Assembly: GCA_913031435.1 (NCBI GenBank)
Contig: CAJWFD010000004.1
Span: 11,588-75,587 of the forward strand
Length of the DNA stretch: 64,000 nucleotides
Reading direction: 5' to 3'
Source of the DNA: an uncultured Cryomorphaceae bacterium
GTDB taxonomy: Bacteria; Bacteroidota; Bacteroidia; Flavobacteriales; Schleiferiaceae
Under the pieces are notes generated by a model, which was given only the letters and a program-made list of their open reading frames with translations, had not been told where the DNA came from and searched no databases. Positions 57,873 through 64,000 of the stretch are shown here, one piece after another. Both the position numbers and the translations under genes were made by a program. Positions within the stretch are counted from its first letter, which is position 1. Every line of letters starts with the position of its first letter.

Positions 57873-58534
57873 GCACAGAAGTAAAACAAAAAGAGTCTTT
57901 GTTCTCAAAGAAGAATCAAAAGCTACTTTCAGACCCGTTTAACGACGATAATCCTATTACGGTCCAAGTACTTGGTGTGTGTTCTGCTCTTGCCATCACC
58001 GTAAAACTGGAACCTGCAATTGTAATGTCACTTTCAGTGATGTTTGTATTAGGAGCTGGTAACGTAATCATTTCATTGATTCGAAACTTGATTCCTAATC
58101 GTATTAGAATTATCGTTCAGCTTGTTGTGGTTGCGTCTTTAGTTATCCTGGTGGATCAATTCTTAAGAGCCTTTGCTTACGATGTGAGCAAGCAGCTTTC
58201 TGTATTTGTTGGTCTAATCATTACCAATTGTATTATCATGGGACGCTTTGAGGCTTTCGCTCTAGCAAATGGACCTTGGAAAGCATTTATGGATGGTATT
58301 GGTAATGCGATCGGTTATGGTGCTGTCCTGATCGCTGTAGCTTTTTTCCGCGAACTGCTGGGATCAGGAGCATTATTAGGTATCCAGGTCATTCCTGACA
58401 GCTGGTATATTGCTAATGGAGGATTCTACGCAAACAACGGATTTATGCTGTTCCCGCCAATGGCACTTATCGTAGTTGGCTTGATCATTTGGGTACAGCG
58501 CGCGCGCAACACTAAACTCATCGAAGAAAACTAG
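57869..58534 (+). CDS. nqrD: Na+-NQR subunit D
   Basis: 221 aa with [18 protein letters not shown] and ITNCIIMGR. There is an ATGA overlap with nqrC. Confidence 0.95.
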   Translation: MSTEVKQKESLFSKKNQKLLSDPFNDDNPITVQVLGVCSALAITVKLEPAIVMSLSVMFVLGAGNVIISLIRNLIPNRIRIIVQLVVVASLVILVDQFLRAFAYDVSKQLSVFVGLIITNCIIMGRFEAFALANGPWKAFMDGIGNAIGYGAVLIAVAFFRELLGSGALLGIQVIPDSWYIANGGFYANNGFMLFPPMALIVVGLIIWVQRARNTKLIEEN

Positions 58535-58541
58535 ACTCGAT

Positions 58542-59162
58542 ATGGGACAAGAATTAGTAAACTTATTCGTTCGCTCAATTTTCATTGAGAACATGATCTT
58601 CGCATACTTCCTTGGTATGTGTTCTTACTTAGCGGTATCTAAAACTGTCAAAACTGCAGTTGGTTTAGGTATTGCAGTAACTTTTGTATTGACTATTACA
58701 TTACCCGTGAACTGGTTGCTTGAAAATTATGTTTTAAAAGCAGGCGCATTGTCTTGGTTAGGTGATGGATTCGCTGATGTTGACTTAAGCTTTTTGTCGT
58801 TCATCATGTTCATCGCGGTGATTGCATCAATGGTTCAGTTAATTGAGATGATTGTCGAGAAATTCGCACCTGCATTGTACAGTGCACTAGGAGTTTTCTT
58901 GCCGCTTATCGCCGTAAACTGTTCTATTCTAGGAGGGTCGTTGTTTATGCAAGAACGCGCGTTTGGCACTATAGCTGAAGCGACAGTATATGGCATAGGA
59001 TCTGGAGTGGGCTGGTTTTTAGCTATTGTAGCTATCGCTGCAATTAGAGAAAAAATTCGCTATTCAAATGTTCCTGCTCCTTTACGTGGCCTCGGAATAA
59101 CCTTTATTATTACAGGTTTAATGGGTATTGCGTTTATGAGCTTCATGGGTATTAAATTATAA
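58542..59162 (+). CDS. nqrE: Na+-NQR subunit E
   Basis: 206 aa with [22 protein letters not shown] and IAVNCSILG. Confidence 0.95.
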   Translation: MGQELVNLFVRSIFIENMIFAYFLGMCSYLAVSKTVKTAVGLGIAVTFVLTITLPVNWLLENYVLKAGALSWLGDGFADVDLSFLSFIMFIAVIASMVQLIEMIVEKFAPALYSALGVFLPLIAVNCSILGGSLFMQERAFGTIAEATVYGIGSGVGWFLAIVAIAAIREKIRYSNVPAPLRGLGITFIITGLMGIAFMSFMGIKL

Positions 59163-59177
59163 TAAGCACAGTCAGCT

Positions 59178-60479
59178 ATGTTTTTATCTAGCACAGTAGT
59201 AATTTCTTCAGTTGTCGTTTTTGTATTGGTGATCCTATTGTTGGTTACTATTCTTTTACAGGCAAAAGCACGCTTGTCCCCAAGTGGACCAGTTAAATTA
59301 AACATCAACGGAGATGATGTCGAAGTAGAATCGGGAACAACACTTCTCACTACATTAAGTAGCCAGAAAATCTTTTTACCATCCGCATGTGGTGGTGGTG
59401 GGACCTGTGGTATGTGTAAGTGTCAGGTAACCGAAGGTGGTGGTGAGATACTTCCTACAGAAACAGGCTTCTTCAATCGAAAAGAGATCGCTGACCAGTG
59501 GCGTCTGGGTTGTCAAATCAAAGTAAAAAATGACATGACCGTTAAGGTGCCAGAGGAGATCTTTGGTATTAAGAAATGGGAATGTGAAGTTGTTTCAAAC
59601 TACAATGTATCTACGTTCATTAAAGAATATGTAGTAAAATTACCTGAAGGCGAGACTTTAGATTTTGAGGCTGGGGGATATATCCAAATTGATGTTCCAG
59701 CTTTAACAGTTGATTTTAAAGATATAGACATTACGTCTCATCCTAAGTTAGGCAAGGCGTCAGATGAGTTTCAGACAGAATGGGATAAGTTTAAGTTGTG
59801 GGACCTTAAAATGGTAAATCCAGAACCATTATTCCGTGCTTACTCTATGGCAAATCACCCGGCAGAAGGTAATATTGTCATGTTAAATATTAGAGTTGCT
59901 ACGCCTCCGTTTGATCGTAAGAAAGGTGGATGGATGGACGTTAATCCTGGTGTTTGTTCATCATTTGTGTTTGGTCAGAAACCAGGTGATAAAGTGACGA
60001 TTTCGGGTCCTTATGGAGAATTCTTTATTAAAGAGACAGAATCTGAAATGCTTTACATCGGTGGTGGTGCAGGAATGGCCCCTATGCGTTCTCATTTGTT
60101 CCACCTCTTCCATACATTGAAAACTGGACGTAGGGTGAGCTATTGGTACGGCGGTCGATCTAAAAGAGAATTGTTCTACCTAGAGGATTTTCGTCAGATA
60201 GAAGAGCAGTTTCCTAACTTTAAATTTCATTTGGTGTTGTCTGAGCCTTTACCGGAAGATAATTGGACACCTAAAGACAGCATGGATGCTGATGGTGACG
60301 GATTTGTTGGCTTTGTGCACCAAGCATTGATAGACAACTACTTGGATTTACATGATGCTCCGGAAGATATTGAATACTATTTCTGTGGACCTCCACTTAT
60401 GAATGCAGCCGTTTTGAAAATGGTTGATGACTTAGGTGTTCCTCCAGAAAACGTAAGTTTTGATGACTTCGGAGGTTAA
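59178..60479 (+). CDS. nqrF: Na+-NQR subunit F
   Basis: 433 aa with an N-terminal TM helix, the 2Fe-2S motif [12 protein letters not shown], the FAD motif RAYSMAN, and an NADH-binding region. Confidence 0.95.
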   Translation: MFLSSTVVISSVVVFVLVILLLVTILLQAKARLSPSGPVKLNINGDDVEVESGTTLLTTLSSQKIFLPSACGGGGTCGMCKCQVTEGGGEILPTETGFFNRKEIADQWRLGCQIKVKNDMTVKVPEEIFGIKKWECEVVSNYNVSTFIKEYVVKLPEGETLDFEAGGYIQIDVPALTVDFKDIDITSHPKLGKASDEFQTEWDKFKLWDLKMVNPEPLFRAYSMANHPAEGNIVMLNIRVATPPFDRKKGGWMDVNPGVCSSFVFGQKPGDKVTISGPYGEFFIKETESEMLYIGGGAGMAPMRSHLFHLFHTLKTGRRVSYWYGGRSKRELFYLEDFRQIEEQFPNFKFHLVLSEPLPEDNWTPKDSMDADGDGFVGFVHQALIDNYLDLHDAPEDIEYYFCGPPLMNAAVLKMVDDLGVPPENVSFDDFGG

Positions 60480-60495
60480 TCTTATTTTTTATATT

Positions 60496-60529
60496 AAAAA
60501 GCCGCTTCGAAAGGAGCGGCTTTTTTTTT
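60496..60529 (+). terminator. Rho-independent terminator after nqrF
   Basis: Stem gccgcttc (60501..60508) pairs with ggagcggc (60513..60520) around a GAAA tetraloop, with one G-U pair. A 9-nt T-run follows. Confidence 0.85.
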
Positions 60530-60541
60530 AGTTTTGATATT

Positions 60542-61534
60542 ATGGTTAAAGTAGGTTCATTCATTTTATTGATGTTACTAATGGCATGTAGCTCTGCGCC
60601 AGAATTGGTTCAAATGACGAACCAAGGTCCTGCTCAGGGAAGTACTTATAGTATAAGTTATCTCGTTCCTGCGGGTATTGACTACAGGGAGGATATCGAT
60701 AGTATTCTTCTTGAAATGGACCATCAAATGTCACTTTGGGTGAATGAAAGTGACGTGTCACGTCTGAATCGTGGAGATACGATCCTTCTCAGTCTTGACC
60801 TGGCAGAGGTGATTCGTCGATCAAAGGAATATGCAATACTTACGGAAGGAAATTTTGATGTGACCATAGCGCCGTTGATTAAGTCTTGGGGTTTTTCCAG
60901 AGGATCATACAACGCACATATAAATATTGATAGTCTAATGTCATTTGTAGGTAGTCGATTTATAAAAGATCCATTCAAGGATTCTACATACTGGCTTCCT
61001 CAAGGATATCAAATTGATGTGAATGGTATAGCTCAAGGGCATACGGTGGACAGAATAGCCGACTTCTTGACCCGTCGAGGTATTGTTAATTATTTAGTGG
61101 AGGTAGGAGGAGAGGTTATTTGTTCTGGAGCTAAAAACTCTGGGGATGTCTGGCGAATAGGTATTGATATGCCCACGGAAGACCGGGGAGAGGGTATGTT
61201 TCAGACGATAGTGACCCTAGACTCCATGGCGCTTGCAACAAGCGGAAACTACAGGAAATACTGGGTGAATGACAAAGGACAGAAAGTCGTTCATTCGATC
61301 AATCCAAAAACAGGTTATCCTGTGGTGAGCAATTTGCTAAGTTCGAGTATTATCGCCCCAACTGCAGTATTAGCGGATGCCTTAGGCACAGCATGTATGA
61401 TTATGGGAGTAGATCGGGCTTCTAGTTTTATTGAATCTCTGCCTCATGTAGAAGGCTACTTCATTATCAGTAATAAACTCGGAGATATTGAAGTGGTGAC
61501 TACATCAGGCTGGGCGGCTTATGAATTTAATTAA
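60542..61534 (+). CDS. apbE: FAD:protein FMN transferase (ApbE), lipoprotein
   Basis: 330 aa with a lipobox (LLMACSS). The blocks FDVTIAPL, GIAQGHTVD, LATSGNYRKY and TAVLADALGTA are ApbE signatures. It lies directly after the nqr operon. Confidence 0.9.
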   Translation: MVKVGSFILLMLLMACSSAPELVQMTNQGPAQGSTYSISYLVPAGIDYREDIDSILLEMDHQMSLWVNESDVSRLNRGDTILLSLDLAEVIRRSKEYAILTEGNFDVTIAPLIKSWGFSRGSYNAHINIDSLMSFVGSRFIKDPFKDSTYWLPQGYQIDVNGIAQGHTVDRIADFLTRRGIVNYLVEVGGEVICSGAKNSGDVWRIGIDMPTEDRGEGMFQTIVTLDSMALATSGNYRKYWVNDKGQKVVHSINPKTGYPVVSNLLSSSIIAPTAVLADALGTACMIMGVDRASSFIESLPHVEGYFIISNKLGDIEVVTTSGWAAYEFN

Positions 61535-61537
61535 TGC

Positions 61538-61738
61538 TTACGCAGGGTTTTCTTCGCAGGCGTTTGGGTCTTTTCCACATAACGAACATGCTTCACCATC
61601 CTTATTAAGGAAAGGACTTTGGGATGCACAAGTACCTGCGAATTCCCCATCTTTTTTGGCCCAAATCTTTATTGCGATTCCCGCAACACCAAGACCTAAT
61701 AAAACAATGCTGATTCCAATAAGCTTTAGTGCGACCAT
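61538..61738 (-). CDS. nqrM: Small Cys-rich membrane protein, possibly the Na+-NQR maturation factor NqrM
   Basis: 66 aa with one N-terminal TM helix (LIGISIVLLGLGVAGIAIKIW) followed by four Cys (C37, C51, C54, C61). The architecture and its position next to nqr/apbE match NqrM (DUF539). Sequence identity has not been verified. Confidence 0.5.
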   Translation of the reverse strand: MVALKLIGISIVLLGLGVAGIAIKIWAKKDGEFAGTCASQSPFLNKDGEACSLCGKDPNACEENPA

Positions 61739-61888
61739 GAATGGGTGATTTTAAGTGGGGTAAATCTACAATTTTATACACAAAAAACGTGTCTTAGTGA
61801 ATTGTCGGTTATTCTAAAACATAAGTATAATTCCGTCCTTCTGTAACGTACCTTTACCTAACCATTTTAACTATAAATCACAGAAAGT

Positions 61889-62821
61889 ATGAAGATTACG
61901 GTTGTAGGTGCCGGTAACGTAGGTGCCACAGTTGCAGAAAACATGGTTCGTCGCGAATTCGCAGAAGAAATCGTGTTACTCGACATCAAAGAAGGTTTTG
62001 CTGAAGGTAAAGCCATGGACATGAATCAAACTGCTACATTAAACGGTTTCGATTCAAAAGTTATTGGCTCTACAAATGATTATTCCAAAACGGCTGGTTC
62101 AACAGTTGCGGTGATCACTTCGGGCATTCCTCGTAAGCCAGGAATGACGCGTGAAGAATTGATTGGCACGAATGCTAGAATTGTTCAAATGGTAACGGAG
62201 AGCTTGATCAAGCACAGTCCGGATATCATTATTGTGGTTATATCTAATCCAATGGATACCATGACTTACTTGACGAATAAAACTTCGGGCTTGCATAAAA
62301 ATCGCATCATAGGTATGGGTGGTATTCTGGACTCGGCAAGATTCAAATACCGCTTATCGGAGCAATTAAACTGTTCTCCTAATGACCTTCAAGCTCAGGT
62401 GATCGGCGGTCATGGTGACACGACCATGATTCCCTTGATTAAACATGCTACGTATAATAGTATTCCGGTAACTCAGTTTTTGAGTCAGGAACAACAGGAT
62501 CACGTAGTTTCAGAAACTATGGTTGGCGGTAAGACTTTGACAGGCTTGATCGGTACTTCTGCATGGTATGCACCAGGTGCAGCCGGTGCAGAGCTTGTTG
62601 AATCTATCGTACGGGATCAGAAAAAAATGTTCCCTTGTTCTGTTTTACTTAACGGAGAATATGGCCAGGATGACCTCTGTATAGGTGTTCCAGTGATTAT
62701 CGGTAAAAACGGCTGGGAGCGTATTGTTGAGTTCAACCTGAGTTCGGAAGAAAAGGAGTTATTTGAAGCTTCTGCCGTCGCAGTGCGTAAAATGAACGCC
62801 GCTCTAGACGAGAATTTATAA
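61889..62821 (+). CDS. mdh: Malate dehydrogenase (LDH-like type)
   Basis: 310 aa with MKITVVGAGNVGATVA, GIPRKPGMTREEL and IGGHGDTM-like GGHGDTTMIP. Confidence 0.95.
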   Translation: MKITVVGAGNVGATVAENMVRREFAEEIVLLDIKEGFAEGKAMDMNQTATLNGFDSKVIGSTNDYSKTAGSTVAVITSGIPRKPGMTREELIGTNARIVQMVTESLIKHSPDIIIVVISNPMDTMTYLTNKTSGLHKNRIIGMGGILDSARFKYRLSEQLNCSPNDLQAQVIGGHGDTTMIPLIKHATYNSIPVTQFLSQEQQDHVVSETMVGGKTLTGLIGTSAWYAPGAAGAELVESIVRDQKKMFPCSVLLNGEYGQDDLCIGVPVIIGKNGWERIVEFNLSSEEKELFEASAVAVRKMNAALDENL

Positions 62822-62847
62822 ATCACCTGTTGATTTAACAAACTAAA

Positions 62848-62885
62848 CCCCTGAAGTAAGCAACTGCTTACTTCAGGGGTTTTTT
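62848..62885 (+). terminator. Rho-independent terminator after mdh (overlaps the stop of the convergent DCC gene)
   Basis: A 14-bp stem, cccctgaagtaagc (62848..62861) pairing with gcttacttcagggg (62866..62879) around loop aact, followed by a T-run at 62880..62885. Confidence 0.85.
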
Positions 62886-63264
62886 AATTTAAAATTTTGC
62901 TAGAGGAAATTATCGCACAATATCCTTTACCAAAAATAGCGTACCTACTTCTTGCGATGCTTCGGTACATAAATTCTCGAATAGGCTTTGGAATGACTTT
63001 TAGTCTGGCGAGCCACTTAAAATTGGGCAACACCTTGCAGATTTCAATGATAGCATCACTACCAGAGAGCCACTGAGTAGGCGTTTGGATTACTACGGCA
63101 TTTGCATGAGAAAGTCGTTCAGGTAGATGATGAGTTGCCCAATTGCTCTGAAGCGAAGCGAACACCAAGCGATTTTCAGTATCGTGTCTATGAATCCATT
63201 GTACAGCTTTGTTACACAATGTACAGGGGCCATCAAATAGAACTACCATGGGTTGGTCGGTCAT
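62884..63264 (-). CDS. Thiol-disulfide oxidoreductase DCC-family protein (DUF393)
   Basis: 126 aa. The N-terminal VLFDGPCTLCNKAVQWI carries the DxxCxxC DCC motif. Confidence 0.8.
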   Translation of the reverse strand: MTDQPMVVLFDGPCTLCNKAVQWIHRHDTENRLVFASLQSNWATHHLPERLSHANAVVIQTPTQWLSGSDAIIEICKVLPNFKWLARLKVIPKPIREFMYRSIARSRYAIFGKGYCAIISSSKILN

Positions 63265-63265
63265 T

Positions 63266-64000
63266 TTATTGAATGATTAGTTTATGCGATGAAATCAGTC
63301 CATTGGAGGCATCTGTAACGACTATTACATAGAGTCCAGGTGCTAGTGCTATTTGGTTCCGCTCGTTCAAGACAAGATCTCTCACTTTTCTACCCAGCAA
63401 TGTGTATAAAGCGGCCGAAGCTTTAAATGCAGTCGTATGGGCAATAAAGACGTCCGTTGTCGCTGGGTTTGGGTATACCCTAGGTCTTTTTCTCGCAGGA
63501 TGAACCTCTGATATGCTGATATCATTAAATAGGTTGCCTTCAAAATAATGTAGTCCTCCACTCATGTTTCCTACAATAACATCTAAATACCCGTCCGCAT
63601 TTAAGTCGGCCACAGCAGGATGGAGGCGCTTGCCTGAACTTTTAAAATGGGTGTCAATATTACGTAGCGTAGGCATCAGGTTGAATCTCATATTTGGGCG
63701 TTTATTACTCTTGCCTCCAAATGGCATTTCACAACCGTCTTTGGTAATTCCGTTCCATGCCGACACATCTCCGTAGAGCACTGATGAAAAGGAAGTGAGT
63801 CCATATATAACAGGAATATCTCCTGTTTGCGCATTTTTGGAAAAGCAAAATTCTATCATAATATGATCATCCCCATTCCAAGTGAAGGGAGACAAGAATT
63901 GAACGTCATTCCATCCGGTAGTTAAAACTCTGATGCCCTGGTAAACAGTTTGAAAACCTTGATTCTGAAAATTAACTTGTGCCGTATCACTAAGGTGTTT
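63266..64000 (-). CDS. T9SS-secreted protein with an FG-GAP/VCBS-like repeat and a C-terminal T9SS sorting domain; the 5' part lies outside the window
   Basis: The track start at 63895 is an internal TTG. I checked the frame upstream and found no stop up to position 64000, so the gene is partial. It has the FG-GAP-like VADLNADGYLDVIVGNMSGGLHYFEGN and a CTD (VYPNPATTDVFI...LYTLLGRKV...LAPGLYVIVVTD...KLIIQ). Confidence 0.75.
   Translation of the reverse strand, partial: KHLSDTAQVNFQNQGFQTVYQGIRVLTTGWNDVQFLSPFTWNGDDHIMIEFCFSKNAQTGDIPVIYGLTSFSSVLYGDVSAWNGITKDGCEMPFGGKSNKRPNMRFNLMPTLRNIDTHFKSSGKRLHPAVADLNADGYLDVIVGNMSGGLHYFEGNLFNDISISEVHPARKRPRVYPNPATTDVFIAHTTAFKASAALYTLLGRKVRDLVLNERNQIALAPGLYVIVVTDASNGLISSHKLIIQ

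Noticed and set aside
1-64000. Looked for CRISPR arrays, IS elements/transposases, integrases, prophage genes, toxin-antitoxin pairs, restriction-modification genes and other defence genes
   Set aside because: None found. I saw no spaced direct repeats, and every large ORF is assignable to housekeeping or envelope functions or is a lone hypothetical. The window looks like core chromosome.

Overview
This is a densely packed chromosomal segment that looks like Bacteroidota, probably Flavobacteriia-like. The phylum call rests on a GldF/GldG gliding-motility ABC component, a T9SS C-terminal sorting domain, a T9SS-plug-like protein, a complete Na+-NQR operon, a 287-aa RpoD, and repeated TAnnTTTG -7 promoter boxes. 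I support about 57 CDS (two run off the window ends), one tRNA-Glu(UUC), about 12 hairpin terminators and several candidate promoters. The content is mostly core housekeeping: serC-serA, purC, purL, dnaN, rpoD, rpsO-pnp, rpmE, rpsT, cysS, proS, pheT, recG, folE, rpe, lgt, yidD, mdh, and nqrABCDEF-apbE. I saw no transposase, integrase, phage genes, CRISPR array, rRNA or recognisable defence island, so most of the window is ordinary. Genes are very compact, with many ATGA/TTGA start-stop overlaps and convergent genes that abut or overlap. Many ORF-track entries carry spurious N-terminal extensions, which I corrected using signal peptides, conserved N-termini and promoter boxes. The best candidate for an undescribed system is a translationally coupled minus-strand pair at 32530..35066. 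It encodes a lipoprotein with a tandem GYNNGF repeat core and a long Ser/Thr/Arg-rich tail, followed by a FadL/PorV-like outer-membrane barrel, next to a 1,082-aa sortilin/BNR propeller protein. Secondary curiosities are a fused GldF-GldG polypeptide in an odd operon, a DEDDh-exonuclease/GIY-YIG (Cho-like) fusion coupled to DUF1015 and YggS, a ferredoxin/LuxC-like reductase pair with interleaved promoters, a T9SS-plug-like gene coupled to an S1/P1 nuclease, and a small Cys-rich NqrM-like ORF. All family assignments come from motif recognition by eye. No database search was run.
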